Shown one piece after another: positions 33,365 to 46,796 of a stretch of 64,000 nucleotides of DNA. The notes beneath the pieces are model-generated. The model saw nothing but the letters and a program-made list of their open reading frames with translations. It did no database searches and was not told where the DNA came from. Location: IMG/VR virus record IMGVR_UViG_3300031836_000002, positions 1-64,000 of that record, one strand, 5' to 3'. The position numbers and the translations under genes were made by a program. This DNA is from a virus (lineage: Duplodnaviria; Caudoviricetes). The stretch's first letter is position 1, and every line of letters starts with the position of its first letter.

Positions 33365-36300
33365 GATTCGGCGGCGTCCACCACGGTTGGGTGGATCGTT
33401 TCTAGTTGTTGACTTTCCTCCGGGGAGTACACGTGATCCATGTCGTGAAGATCAGCGAGCACATCGAGAGGGCCTCCGTTGGTATCCACAGCTCGGATCC
33501 GGGACTCGATCTCTTGGACCTTGGTGATGCGCGAGAGGCGGAAAGTGCGTCCTCGGTAGTTGAACCATGTAGCCACTAGGGCCTCCTATTTCATTGACTT
33601 CTTGAAAGACTCTCCGATTTTGTAGCTGAGGGACTCAAGCTGAAGCTTGGGTCTCCAGTATCCTTCATCTGAGTCATCTTCGAAAACGCTGTACGCGGAC
33701 GCAGCCTGATTCAGAGTTTTCAAAATCAGCCTGACCTCATCCGGATTGAGTCGAAGGACAACCTTCTTGGTCATTTGATGTTCGATTCAGCGGTCTCCAC
33801 GAGGGACTGAACTACGTCAGCCTTGATTCCCTTGAAGTTTCTCTCGGCACGGTCGCGGCGAAGCTTCTGGACGTATTGCCAGCCTGCATCCGTGAACTCC
33901 ACGAAGGCGTTGCTGCTGAAGTGGAGCAAGCCGAAGTGTTCTGCGTCCCGCAAGCAGTCGTAGTCCGTGTGGCCCTTCAAGTGCTCTCCGTTGGCCAAGT
34001 ACGACGGATATGCGTTGCCGTCCCTACGCATGTGGGCAGGCTCCAAAACACCGCCATAATCGACCACACGGGTCTCGGCGTAGGTGAGGGTGGAGATGTG
34101 ATCCCTGCCCCAAAATTCCATGGGCACGAAGCCCGTGGAATTTCGACGGTCGGTGGGTGCTGTAGCTGTTTGCGTCATAGTGTCTCCTTGATTGAGGTGT
34201 TGACCTACCCTCACAATAGATTATTTAGAGTTCAAGTGCAATCTAGACAGCCTTCTGGACTCGGTGGTCGTTGGCGATAGTCACTGGACCCCGCTCGGTG
34301 CCGACATGGAGATGTCCGGAGACAAGATCAATGGACTCGACCTTGCCGGGGACCCACGCGCCAGCCCGCAGGACCTCAACGAAGTCTTCCACGGCATAGT
34401 CCTTGAGTTGGTGGTGGAGTGGGCTAGCCTCCACGGGAGACTCTTCTACTTTGGCAGGAGCCAGATCGAGAGCACGCTGGAGGTATGGAAGGACGAAATC
34501 CTGCATGCGTTCTTCGCCCGCTTCATGATCTTCCAGAGCCTCTGCCATCTCTTCAGCCAGTTCATTCAGTTGTTCAGACATTCGTCTCGCTCGATTCTGT
34601 TTCTGCCTTCTCTCGAAGGTCTGCCATGTAGTTGATGATGCGGATGATTTCTTCGATCTGCGCGGTGTCGGAGGTGCGCTCATAGTCTCCGGCAATCAGC
34701 ACCTCAATGCGGCCTATGTAGCCCTGCAAACGCTCAGGATTCGCGTGAGCTGTGACGATCTCCCGCAAAGGGATCTCGCGCTCCTTAGCGAGCATTCGAG
34801 CTTGCTGGTAATTTCCAAAAACGACAATCATGTGACTGCTCCGGTGTCTAAGGGGTTCCAGTCGGTGTGCATAGCTCGACGCTCTGCCCGCTGGGGTTCC
34901 CAGCCCAAGCTTATGTCGTAGCATTCGTCCACGTTCAGCCGGGAGGGGAACTTGGTTACCGGATCCTCTCCCGGCATGACCCATATCGACTCGTTGTCGA
35001 AGTCCACTCCGTTATGAGCCACAATCATGTGACTGGCTCCGGCCTCCTCGGCTTCCTTGAAAGCTGCTTCGATTTGATCAACTCTCCACGACATGGTTAC
35101 TCCTTGGTGTAAGCCGTCTGGCCCGTGAGGGGAGCAAGCGCTCCGATGGTTCCGGACATCGAGCGCTCAGGGTCGAGAAGGTGCTGCTTGGCTAGTCCCA
35201 AGGCCATGGCGTGCTGATTGCCGGTGGTTCCCTGCTCGTCGGCTAGCTCGGTGATCTCGGTAGTTTCCAACGGTCGGATGTCAGTCAGGGTCTTGTCGAG
35301 GATCTGCTCCCCAATCTTGGCGTACATGACGGCAAGCTCGGAGATGACGAGTTCGTAGCCCCAGCCCTCAACTTCAAATTCTTCTTTGTCTTGTTCTCGG
35401 AAGTATTCCAAACGCTCGCGGATCCACGTAGGGAGTTTGGCCTCGCGGGCCTGCCAGTTGGGGCGATTGCTTTCCAAGGCATCGAGACGCCTCTTCTTCG
35501 AGTTATCTAAGAACAGCTCGAAGTCCTCTCGGATCGCATTGTCAGAGCGGCGTGCATACCAAACTCCGTCGATGTGCCATCCGGAGATCTCGTTGAAGCC
35601 TTTCGTCTCCAGTCCAAAGTAGCTACCCACCTTGAGGAGAGCTGCCACCTCATCGGGAGCAATCATTGTCCAGCCGTCACTTCCTGTGATGGCCTTCCCA
35701 TCCTGAGAGATGTGGGTGACAGTCTGGAAGGTGAGCTTCCTTTCTGTGTGGCCTTCAGTGCTGGAATCTGTAACGGTGTCTTTGGTCATGTCATTCTCCG
35801 GTTTTCTTGTCGATGGGGTACTAAGGTCGCTGCGGATCAAGCGGCCACTCCCAGAGGCTGTTCCGCCTTGATATAGCACAAGGTGCACCAAAAATGCCCA
35901 TTCTCTGGGTTGTAGGTGCCTTCCTCATTCTGGACAGCGGCCAGAGCGTTGGGGTGGCCCTCGTAGAGAGCAAGTTCTGTGTACTCAGAGAGTTCGTAGG
36001 GTGCCTTGAGACATCCGTTGCATCGAGTTTCCATAGTGGTCCTTTCGAGATTGGTGGCCATGGTTAGCCCAGAGCCAGTTCGTCTTTTTCGAAGTCAGGG
36101 TCCGCGGCCAGAACGGCTGCACGAACTACTGTGCCGTGGTCTCGAACAATCTGCCACTGAGTGAAGGTGAGTCCTTCAGTTTCTGCAATGTCTTGGACTC
36201 CAGCATTGGTGGCTTCTGCTGTCAGCTCATCGAAGAGTCGATCTGCGGAGCCTCCATTGTGGAACAGGCGTGACATGTTTGTCATCTGCTGAGTTGTGTA

Positions 36301-36642
36301 TCGAATAGCCATGGTGTTCTCCTCTAGTTGACCTTACGGTTTGAGCGTAGCACAAGATTGCATACGCAATCTATGCGGCTTGACGGCTCCGGACACAAGC
36401 ATTGTGGAGAAGGGCAGCTCGATGAATCTTCGCTTCCCGGAGTTGCTGTTCGAGCTTCGAGATCTGACGATCAGCCTCTGCAAGCGAGCGGCGTCGATGG
36501 TCTTCAGGGGTTGTGAGGGTTCTTCCAAGTTTCATGGGGTCTCCTAAATCTGGACCATATCGGGATGGTGCATCATGAAATGTTCGATCCGCTCGATGTG
36601 GTAGAAGCAGATCTCCACTAAATTCTTGAACCAGTTCTTCAT
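33337..36642 (-). other. Run of small hypothetical early genes
   Basis: About 11 tightly packed or overlapping minus-strand ORFs with AGGAG SDs; no recognisable domains. Confidence 0.6.
36313..36371 (-). promoter_or_regulatory. Repeated palindrome-promoter-leader-SD cassette
   Basis: GATTGCGTATGCAATC-N6-TACGCT...GTAAGGTCAAC..AGGAG..ATG. Confidence 0.75.
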
Positions 36643-36704
36643 GATGTCTCCCTTGCTAACTGACCTTACTCTTTGAGTATAGCACATAGATTGCATTTGC
36701 AATA
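36643..36704 (-). promoter_or_regulatory. Repeated palindrome-promoter-leader-SD cassette
   Basis: TATTGCAAATGCAATC-N7-TATACT-CAAAGAGTAAGGTCA. Confidence 0.75.
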
Positions 36705-37109
36705 CTGACTAGAAGGAATAAATAGAGATTGCTTTTGACATCTATATGTGACATGCTGGAGGTACATTGACTTTGGAGGTCACCATGGAAAATTCACCCA
36801 CGTACAACAGCTTCGGAAGTGCTGTTCGCGCTCTCTACCAAGCTCACACGGTCAATCGAGCACGGTTTCACGCCATGCGTCGAGTCATCGGCTACCGTGG
36901 CGCTGTCGCTTCAGTGTGGACTAATCCGTACTGGGGCAGCTAATGGGAGCATCCCGATGGGTCCGGGTGATCTCCGGGGTGGGTCCAGAAGATCAGCACC
37001 GATGCGTTCAGTATCAGGCAGACTCTGAGGGAGCTGCTGAGGCTCAGTTCCTTGAGGAGTTCCCCGGCTTTGAGATTTCTCGCCGGGAGCACTACATCTC
37101 AAAAGGACG

Positions 37110-37628
37110 CTAGTAGCCTTCGATTCGTCCCCGCAGAAACCCCACGGCTTTATCCTCTGGGTAGAGCCGTATTGCTGTCTTCGTGACCGCTCGCGTGAGG
37201 GTGGCCTGAAGGTGTCGAGGCATCGGAAGAGGGTCCCGGCGTTCTGCTTGTACAGCTACACGGATCCCAGTTCCATAGCTGTGCATGAGTCCCCAGCCCT
37301 CTGGAAGCTCCCCCGGCTTCACGATGGTCTTATCACTGACCACCAGCCACCAGAAGTCGCAGTACTGAGCGAACTCTTCAGCTTTCGTGGGGTCCTTCAG
37401 CTCGGTGAGCCAGTCTGATCGGGAGACCTTGACCTCGTGCCCATGAAGCTTGGGTCCTGAGTGGATTCCATAGCCTCCCCAGAGATCCATGGCCATATAG
37501 TCACATACTCGACTTGAACTGAAGCCCGTCATGTTCTTGACGTGCTCGGCTCTCGTGTAGCGGATTCCGTTTCCGTTGTACTTCCCGTACTTAACATTCA
37601 GTCGGTCGAGCATCTCGCGCTCGTTCAT
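37110..37628 (-). CDS. MmcB-like PD-(D/E)xK nuclease
   Basis: D.MAMD.W...LHGHEVKVSRSDWL.EL..P.K.......D.WWLV...ELPEGWGL. Confidence 0.75.
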   Translation of the reverse strand: MNEREMLDRLNVKYGKYNGNGIRYTRAEHVKNMTGFSSSRVCDYMAMDLWGGYGIHSGPKLHGHEVKVSRSDWLTELKDPTKAEEFAQYCDFWWLVVSDKTIVKPGELPEGWGLMHSYGTGIRVAVQAERRDPLPMPRHLQATLTRAVTKTAIRLYPEDKAVGFLRGRIEGY

Positions 37629-37910
37629 TGCAGATCCTGAGGATCTTCGATAAATCCAGACCACTCAAAGTCGGTGACAGCTTTGTCTTTAGCTCCATGG
37701 TGCACTCGTGTGTACATTCCCTTTCGAGTGGCTTGTTTTCCCCTGTGATCGCCCACAGTGTTGACAAGGATGGTTGGGGATCCTCCGTGGACAGAGACCC
37801 TATTGCCGTGCATTGGTCCTCCATGGAGCTGTGCGGTCTCTGCGGTCATAGGGGTCTTTACTTTCGAGCACTAGAACGCAAGAACTCAGCATCCGTTGTG
37901 AGCTGTAGGC

Positions 37911-38930
37911 TCATTTTTCTACCTCTTCCAGAATGGTGATGGCGGTCTTCTTCACGCGCTCGGTAACGTCCATGGTCTTGATGTGCTCGATGACCGCACC
38001 GGTGCTGCTGATGTCGAGCGTGCTGCTGCCAACGTCATTGAGGAACCGATCCAAGCTGAGCTTCTCTGATTTTGAGATCTGAGCTGCTTCGAGCTTGAAG
38101 ACTTCGGAAGCGGGCTTGTGGGGAACGGCCACCTCACGGAATCCCAGCTCGGTGCCATCCTCACCGTCTGCCCAGACAGCTACCTTGATCGAGCGCTCCA
38201 CGTTGTACTCGTGCAGGGATCCGCGGCTGAGCGCTCCCATGTTGGCGTAGGTGACTCCATCGTCTTCCCAGATGCCGTGATCTTCGTGAATGTGTCCGTA
38301 GTAGAGGAACCCCATGTGTCCCATGGCCTCTCCTAGGCCGTGGGGGCCTGTTGTGGGCACGAGTTCGAACAACTGCTTGGCAGCGTCCACCGGTGGGTAG
38401 ATCGGAGCGTGAGTGACCGTCAGGGCGTGCGTGAGGTCAACTTGGGCGTAGTCTCCACCTTCGTCCACGCCACCTGCGGAACGCCAGCGGTCGAAAGCCT
38501 CCATAGGAGTGTCCTCGTGAAGCCAGCGCTGCTGCCACGGAACTCCGAAGATTGGAAGCGTCTCATGCCAGCCATTCAGCTCGCGTGCGCCAGAGGCTAG
38601 GAGCACACCAAGTGGCTGCTTCTCCGTCACGCTCTCTAGAACGTCGTTGCTGATGTCGTGGTTGCCTACGACGATGAGAAGCTCGATTCCCAGACGCTTG
38701 GCATCTTGAACCACCTCGATCATGCGAAGCACGAGAGCGTGGGACGTTCGTCCGGGCTGCTTGTGATTGAAGATGTCTCCGGCCCATACAATGGCGGGGA
38801 TATCTCTGTCCGCGGCGTAGGTGTTGATCCAGAGAAGCATCTCGATCAGATCATCCATGTAGCTGTCATGGACAGAGGCAGGGGGTCGATCCATAGCGTG
38901 GATGTCACCAACGAGAAGTACTTCAGACAT
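37911..38930 (-). CDS. SbcD/Mre11-like metallophosphoesterase nuclease
   Basis: GDIH, AGDIF, VGNHD, VTH, GHIH, N.GALSR motifs. Confidence 0.85.
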   Translation of the reverse strand: MSEVLLVGDIHAMDRPPASVHDSYMDDLIEMLLWINTYAADRDIPAIVWAGDIFNHKQPGRTSHALVLRMIEVVQDAKRLGIELLIVVGNHDISNDVLESVTEKQPLGVLLASGARELNGWHETLPIFGVPWQQRWLHEDTPMEAFDRWRSAGGVDEGGDYAQVDLTHALTVTHAPIYPPVDAAKQLFELVPTTGPHGLGEAMGHMGFLYYGHIHEDHGIWEDDGVTYANMGALSRGSLHEYNVERSIKVAVWADGEDGTELGFREVAVPHKPASEVFKLEAAQISKSEKLSLDRFLNDVGSSTLDISSTGAVIEHIKTMDVTERVKKTAITILEEVEK

Positions 38931-38993
38931 GGGGGCCTTTTCTATGTTCAGGGTCTACTAAGTATTACGGGGATCCGGCAGGTATCAACAGGG

Positions 38994-41580
38994 TCAGTCT
39001 CGTTCTACCCATGCCTCTTCGATCCCAGAAGGGCACTCCACGCAGTTGAGGCATGGAGGAGACAGATGGCAGAAACACGTGTGCGAGGGAGACTCCCAGA
39101 TGCAGTTATCGTGGTCCCACAACAGGTAGCCAAATTCTTCTCTGAGTTCCATTACGCACTCCGAAGTTGGAGAGTTACGAGATCGTTCCGGGTGAAGGAG
39201 CTGAGTACTACCCACATTGTGGTCTCAATGATGTAGGCACTGTCTCGCTTGAAGAGGATAACCTGCCCCGGCTCTAGCTCAGGAAAAGTATTCAAGCCAG
39301 CCACCGAGACGTAGGCACGTGTTCCATCGCGGCGCGCAGCATACGTGCCTACGTCTGGAATAGTGAGGATGTCGGTCATGAGATCAGCCCTGATCATTAG
39401 TCTCCTCAGGGAGTTGGGTCAGTGTGTAGATCACGGGGGATTCCATGGAATACTCTTTCCTGAGCCTGATGTCGAGAGACACTGCTTGGAGCGTCTCTCG
39501 CTCCATAAAGTAGAGAGACTCATTTCCATGGAACACTGGTTCGCGGTACTCGTAGTTCAGGATCACCTTCGACATGGGATCGAAGCCACCCTTCATCTCT
39601 AGCTGAGTGCGTACACCTTCTGAGTTTTTGAAAACGATGGTGAATTTGTCAATTTCCGTTCTGATCTCAGTCATTCGTTCTCTCCTTCTCTGTTCCAGTG
39701 TCCTGCCTCATCGAGAGCTGCCGACAAGTATCCGAGGTACTCAGGCTGAAGAATCTTCTTCATGTCCTTGAGAAGGTCGCGAGAGGAGACCTCGATGTTT
39801 TCTGATAGCTCCGTGAACATCTCCATCAAGGAATCTCGAATAGCTAGAGATTTCTCATCTTTCTTCATGTCTTGTCCTCTTCGGTGAAGGTGGATCGGGC
39901 CAGATGGCCAAGGATCGACATGGCTTCCACAATTGCCGGGAAGCGCATGTCAACGTAAATGGAGCCTTCGTCTATCTCACTCTGGATGGTGCGGGCAATG
40001 ATCTCCCACGTGAACGGGGTCCCAGCCTCCAGCCCTCCTGTGTAGCTCCGCAAGGCATCTGCGAGGATCTCGTTCACCTCGGCGCGGTGTTTCGTTTGGG
40101 TGGTCACAGGAGTTCCCCATCCAGTCGTCTGGTCAATTTTTCTATCTTGTCGCGAGCGTCCCGGAATGACTTGTTCTCGTCGTACTCGGAAGACCGTGGC
40201 CTACCTCCGGGCCAGATTCGAGTGAACTCTTCTTTCAGGTGAGCCAGATAGGCAACACGAGCTGTGTTGAGATCAACTGGATCAGGGTGGTGAGTTCCGG
40301 ATCCATCGGGACCTTCGGAAGGCTCTGCCGGTATGGTCTTCATTGGGTCTCCTAAATGACCGTGGATTACTTGAGTGCTTGGTAGAGAAACTGGTACTGG
40401 GCGAACTCTGACTCAGAGAGATCTACTTCAAGATCTGCCCAGTGGTGGTTGGGAATGGATCCGTGTTCAAACTTCAGTCGCTCCCGGACCAGATCTAGTA
40501 CCACCTTGGGGGTGGCCTCCAAACTGTTCACTGGGCTGCTGGTAGCCGCCACAACACGCTCGTGGGTCTTCCACCCTTCCATGAACACGTAACGAGCATT
40601 CAGAGTCTGCCCTTTCACGAACTGGCCGAGCCAGCCATTGAAGGGGTCAGAGAATCCAATGGGGTGTTTCGTGGAAGCGCGAGGCAGAACAAGATTTTGT
40701 TCTCGCACGCTCTGAGCCTCAGCCCACGCGACCAAGCGTTGTCGTGTGGCCTTGATGGCGTCCGACTCCGCCCGCATAATGAACGTGATCAAATCCCACT
40801 TCGTGTACGTCATGTAGACGCGTCGAAGCTCACTGGGAGACTGGGCACGGGTTTCCATGCCAAGCTTCTTCCACTCTTCTTTGATGGCTTCCCTGCGCTC
40901 TGTGTAGCGGGGTACGTCCTCTTCGTCATAACTCATGGGGTGTCTCCTCTTTGGGGTAGCTAGAGGCCTTGGGAGGAGTCTCTGGTGGGCATTCAAGATG
41001 GACGTACTTGTTCAGGGCACTGAAGACATCCCCGTGCGGGTACTTCACCTCGAAGCGGGCTACCTGAACAGTTAGCTGTCCTTGACGGAAAGATTTCTTG
41101 CATCTGAGGCAGATCATAACTACTCGCTCGTGCCGTCTTCGAGACCGAAGTAGAAGCGGGCGAAGTCTAATCTCATGGCCAAGCCGCGCTCGATCTTCTC
41201 GATCTGGCGTTCGCCTTTTCCAGATACGTCGATTCGATCAATCTCTTCGCTCGTTGTGAGATCTCGAATAACGAAAGCTTGCGAGGGTACTGGTGTGGTG
41301 CTTGTCTCCTTCATGGGACCTCCTGTTTATTGACCTTACTCTTTGAGCATAGCACATAGATTGCATCTGCAACCTAGATGGTGGTGAACACCATGAACAG
41401 CGTAGCTACCCAGCCCATGTACAGGAGCAGAGACAGAACACCAGCTATAAGAGCTGGGACGAACCCCAGATGCTCCTTGATAGGTTCTGATATACGCTCG
41501 ACAATGTAGTCACCAACGATGCCTCCTACGACAGCAAAGCCAAGGAAGGCGATAACGAGAAAGAAAACTTCAGCTGACAT
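38994..41580 (-). other. Run of small hypothetical genes, including a 2-TM protein at 41374-41580
   Basis: Overlapping stop/start junctions and SD sites. Confidence 0.6.
41315..41374 (-). promoter_or_regulatory. Repeated palindrome-promoter-leader-SD cassette
   Basis: GGTTGCAGATGCAATC-N7-TATGCT-CAAAGAGTAAGGTCAA. Confidence 0.8.
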
Positions 41581-41649
41581 AGTGCCTCCGATGTTTAGCT
41601 GGTTGGCCTTACGTTTTGAGCTTACGTCATTGAGAAGTCAAATGCAGCC
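41581..41649 (-). promoter_or_regulatory. Repeated cassette, near-identical to 46797-46857
   Basis: ~50 bp shared with 2 mismatches; CTGCAT-N17-TAAGCT. Confidence 0.75.
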
Positions 41650-44543
41650 TACACTGAAGCTCAGTGATTATCCGCAAAATCTCCCCAGTAGCCTCCGCCT
41701 GCTCTCCGCGTAGATGCTCGCGCTGATCCTCGCTAAAGGCGTGATACCCCATGTGAGGGTGATCTGCTTTCGGGTTATTCGAGCGGCACCTGTAGTAAGC
41801 CAAAGTGTCAGCAATCCGAAAGGCTAGTTCCCGTTCTCGCTCGGTCGGTACGGTGGCGTGGATATCTGGGCATTCGTGAGCGTCACTCATTTGTTTCTCA
41901 TTTCGGGACACTCGAAGTCGTGGCGGCTGCTCGTGTAGATCAGTCGGCAGCGGTGGCACCTTTTCGCCCACGCCGGACGCGTCTCTGGCTCCGGCCATAG
42001 CCCTGCAATTACCTCATCCGAGACGGTTTCGTCTGTAGTGCTCATGACTTGCTCCTAATGCTCAGGAGCCACGGCCCCAGATAGATATAGATGTTGCGCT
42101 CATGGTCGCCCCACTTCTGCCAAGACGCTCCCAGCAGAAACCCGCTCATGTACTTGCGTCCACTAGGTCGGTAGCCCATGTTCCAGCCGAAGCCCGTCAC
42201 TGCTCACCACCACCCATAGCAGCTTCGAGGGCCGCCCTCATTACGTTGTAGGCGTTGTCCAAGCCACGCTTCATCGGGAACTCGCGAGATATCTCCAACC
42301 CTCGCTCAACCATCGCGTTCGTCACCTCTACCTGTACCGACTCAGCAGTGTCGAGAAGTGCCAACACCATCGAAGATGTCTCCACTGTCTTACCGCGGCG
42401 CGCGTAGTCGATTGCCCAGTTTGCCAGATGCTTCAAACCGTGCTTACGGTCATGCTCGGCGGTGTAGCCCTTATCAGGATGACGGGCGCGCTCAGCCGCC
42501 ACTTCCGCTGACCACTCCTCGACCGTAGGCTCAACCTTGCGGGATGCCTGCCACCTAACCGCACCATCCCACATCCAGTCAGCAAACGTACCGCCATACT
42601 CTGGGTCGCACCGAACTATATGCCACTCAGCTATCAGTTGGTCACGTGCATTTTCCTCGGAGCGTGCTTCGTTTTCACTCACTATTATTTCCTTCCGTGA
42701 TCTCATCATGAGGTACCGGCTGCGTCACTTGAACATCACCAGTTCGATAAATCCCCGCGCGGCGCTTCAACATTGAAGCCCCTAGAACCCATGCTGCTCT
42801 GCTCTTTTTTGCGCCATAAGAGCCGTACTTTGCGCTCAGGTTGTCGAATTCGTTCTGCCAGTGTTCTGCCTCCGCTTCCAGTACTGCTGCGGCAAACTCC
42901 CCCCAGTTGGATTCGTCTATTCCTTCACCCATCCGCGCCGCCTGCTCCACCGTCTCGTCGGTGATCTCGACCTTGCGGGATGCCTGCCACTCAGATTCGA
43001 GACGCCAACCGCTCGCCATGAACACCTTGACATCTTCGGGGTGTACATTGAAGCGCTTCACCTCTTCATAGATCATGGCGACTCTCTCGGCTTCGTCGCG
43101 TGCTTCTTCGTCTGTAGTGCTCATCGCGTCTCTCCTTTGGTAATTGGGTTGCCCAGCGCTATCGCCGCATTGTGCAAGTCTTCGATGCGTTCGCTTAGAG
43201 TCTCAACTCGCCTCTGATCTTGCCGTGATCTCTTTAGGCTTTCCTCCGCAGGTAGGGCAGTTGCTGTGGCACTCGGCTCCGTGGTCATGCCACCTGAAAC
43301 CACAAGCCCTGCTATGTGGCTCGCTCTCGAATTGAGCCGGTGGTTCAGGCTCTACCGGCTGCCACTCGCCTGCGCTGACCCGCTTGACGAACTGAATCAA
43401 AGGGTCCCCACGACGCCACTGCCTCTCAATGTGTTCGCGGTCGGTGCTGACTAGGTGCGCTCGATCATCGCGCCCGTATTCGCCAAACTCGGCATCCGGG
43501 TTGACCAGTCCGTACTCCCACCCTGCTTCGCCCTCTACCGAGGTGTCAACCGGATGTGTAACAGGGGGCCACTCACCGGCAGGGACGGCCTTGGTGCGGC
43601 GTTCGATATACCAGCCCAAGTCGATGATTGGGGAATCCTCCCATGCGGCTACGGGAGTACCGTCACTCCGAACACGGCGTGTTTCCCATTCAGGCTCAGC
43701 AACCACCTCTGGGTACGGGTTGGTTTCGCTCTTACGCCACGGACCCCCGTTGTGTTTATCGTTCCACCCGAACCTGTAGCCAGCACGCCACGCATTATGC
43801 GGCGAATCGGTAGTGCTCGCGCTATGCAGCGGATCAGTCGTTGGCAATTCCTCTACCGGGACAGCCGCAGGAGAGTTGGGGTCGCATATGTCTAGGTTCA
43901 CCCCTTTTGTGGGGTGATCGGTCATGCCAACATCCCAACCTTGACTGCCCAGATTGGCGAAAACTTCATCGAGAACAGCCTCGCGAATCTCTTGCTCCCG
44001 CTCTACCGGGACAGGGAGACGGAGACCCGCTTTCACTGCTGCCACAAGTCGCGGGATAAGGTCAAGCATTTGGGTTCGATCCTCGCCGTCGAAGCTCTCC
44101 GCCTCAGAAATTAGACACATCAGGTCTTCGTCATCGACGGACTCTGACCACATATCAACCTCAGCCGCAAGTGATCGCAACCGCTTCAGTTCATCAATAG
44201 CCGACGCGATGCTATCCGCAGGGAAATGGAACTCTTGCTGTCGCAATAACAACATCGCAGACACTAGACCTTGATATCGTTCGTTCTCGGTCGGTACGGT
44301 GACAGCCTCTGGGCATTCGTGAGCAGTCACCTTCTCTCCCTTGTCTATGGGGATTTGCTTTGGCTCAGGGGTTTTTCGGCTCTTAGGGACGAACTCCAAG
44401 CAGTCATCGAAGGTATTGGTGCCAGTGTCATCGAACAGGCAGGCACCATCAACAAGCCCATCGTCGTACCATGTGGTGCCGGAGACGTTGTGCTGGTTTC
44501 GTGGGTGGCCACATCCGGGCTGGTCACACATTGGCTGTGTCAT
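41650..44543 (-). other. Mosaic accessory ORFs built from shared modules (block 1)
   Basis: Recurrent peptides MSTTDE, WQASRKVE, V.VEVT..MV, GGGE, AHECP...TVPTE.ER. Confidence 0.65.
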
Positions 44544-44544
44544 T

Positions 44545-45129
44545 TCAAGCTCCTGCCTGTACATCGTTGGTCGTGAGCCACTCAAGGACTGTGTGTTGGC
44601 TAACAAGGTGACCAGCCCACGCGTCTACTCCCACGTGGAGCATGCTGCTGTGGCCTGTTTCCTTGCCGTGCGTGTGGCCATGAAGAAGAGGCATTCCATG
44701 GTCAGGCAAGCGGTACTGGTTGTACCGTGATCCCGGTCGAGCGGGACCATCTCCCCACGCCTCATACGGGAAGTGGGAGAGAAGGAACTCGATTCCATCC
44801 AACGAGTGAAGTGCAAAGGGCTGAATGGTGTCAAAGACTTCCAGCCAGTCCGTCATGTGTACCACCGCGGTGTTGTGCATTGGGTGAACCGGGTCATGGT
44901 TTCCAGAGATCAAATGCTTCGTCCCCGTGCGCTGAGCTACCCATTCCAAGACGGATGGACCCTTCTTAGCTGAGACATCTCCGAGAAGGAACACTACGTC
45001 GTCCTCTCCCACAACGGAGTCCCACTGGTGAGCTAGGTGATCATCGTGCTCTTCAACGCTTCCGAACCCTCGGCGCTTGGCCACGTTCGACTGCTTGATG
45101 TGTTGATCTGATGTGTAGAAAATAGTCAT
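44545..45129 (-). CDS. Calcineurin-like metallophosphoesterase
   Basis: TSDQH, LLGDV, GNHD, LSHFP, LHGHTH, VGVD.W. Confidence 0.88.
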   Translation of the reverse strand: MTIFYTSDQHIKQSNVAKRRGFGSVEEHDDHLAHQWDSVVGEDDVVFLLGDVSAKKGPSVLEWVAQRTGTKHLISGNHDPVHPMHNTAVVHMTDWLEVFDTIQPFALHSLDGIEFLLSHFPYEAWGDGPARPGSRYNQYRLPDHGMPLLHGHTHGKETGHSSMLHVGVDAWAGHLVSQHTVLEWLTTNDVQAGA

Positions 45130-45939
45130 CTCAGGATCCTGCCTGTAGGTCCTTGGTAGCTGCTTCATGCAGCACCTTATTGCGCACGAGGGCGTCTTCG
45201 TTGGTCATGGGGTTTCCCACCAGCCACTCATCGAACAAAAGATCAGAGTCCGAGAAGCAGATCCAGAAGTCGTAGAGCTGGTCGATACCATTAGCCTCAC
45301 GATACTTCCGTTCTGTCTCTTCCTTTGCGAGTCGTCTCTCCTGATCCTGTAGGCGATCCAAGTGGATCTCGGCCTGCTTCTCAGTCAAGTGAGATGTCTG
45401 CACCCACGCCTCGAATGCCTTCTCCTTGAAGTGGATTTCCCAGAGCCTACGAAGGGATGTGTCAGACATCTCGGACTTCCTTTTCAGGGGATAGGCACGT
45501 GGCATTGAGGTATTCCCAAATGCACTGTGGTTCTGGATGAGGGTAGCCATATCCTGAATACTCCGAAGAGAACCAGTCGTCTCGGCGCGCTCCGTACCAG
45601 TTGTCGTAGTACTCGGTGTAGGTAGCCCACTCCGGGGACTCCCCACAGTAAATGCACTGTCGAGTATTGATCTCCAGCTGGTGGAAGGGGAGGTCCGCGT
45701 ACTCGGCCCCACGCAGTTCGCTTTCAATGGGGGCGTCGAATATGTGGCGGGTGTTGAGTGTCTGTGTCATGGTGTCTCCTCTATGGCAGGCGGGTCAGCT
45801 GTTCAGCTACCCAGATCTGAAATTCGGGCCTCATGGCCGCGTTGTAGGCGTCACGTTGAGCGATTGCCTCTTCTTCCGTGGGGTGGAAGTTGATGGAGGG
45901 GAAGTCTGCTGGCATCGTGCTTCGAACAATGAATCCCAT

Positions 45940-46004
45940 GAGAACTCCTTCGCTTGGTTGACCTTACATTTAGACTCTACACACCATAGGTTGCAATTGC
46001 AACC
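45940..46004 (-). promoter_or_regulatory. Repeated cassette with perfect 16-bp palindrome
   Basis: GGTTGCAATTGCAACC; TTGCAA-N17-TAGAGT; GTAAGGTCAAC; SD. Confidence 0.8.
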
Positions 46005-46796
46005 TCTACGCCTTTACTGATCTCTCCGCATGGCTGCTTTGATCTCGTCGTAGTACCACACGTCACGAGTGCACCTTCACTGGATTTCGTATGTCAGGAG
46101 AAGCTCCTAGCGGGGACTCCAAGGCGCTTGCGAAGCTTATCGAGGTGATTCATCACATCTCGGTACGAAATAGGAGTTCCGTAGAGCTGATCTCCAAAGT
46201 GGTCCTCCATCTTCGCGATCTCGTCCGAAATCTTCTTTTCCATGTCCTTGAGGTGCTTCGCGTAGACAGCATCTCCAATGAGCTGGGCGTCTTCCCAGTA
46301 GATATTTCCGTGGAGGTTCCCGCGCTTCAACCAGATGGTGTCATGGACGGAGTAGCGGATTTGGTCGTCAGTCTGAGTTGTCATAGTAGCTCCTTTTCAG
46401 AAACGAAGGTTAGGGTCGTTGGAGAACCCATCTTTGAATTGGGTGTTGATGTAGCCGAGGCGGTCATTGACCACGAGGACTCGATCATCCTCGTGATTGT
46501 CGGTGGACTCGCGGGCGAAGATGAAAGCATCATCAGGATTGGCGAAGCGAGCTACGACGGATCCATCCTTGAGGTCTGTGACCGTGATCCGGAGCCTTGC
46601 TGCCCTAGCCACGAGTGATCATCGAATTCTGGATCGTCTGAGCTGCGTCGATGGCCGCGGCCTCAGTAGTGGCGGGCTTTGCGTCGATGGGATTCTTGCC
46701 GATCAGGAAAATCGTTCCTGCGGTGTCAGTAACGTGCCAGAAACCTCCAGCATCGAAAGCGGTCCAGTTCTGGGTGGGGGCTGTTGCAGTTGCCAT

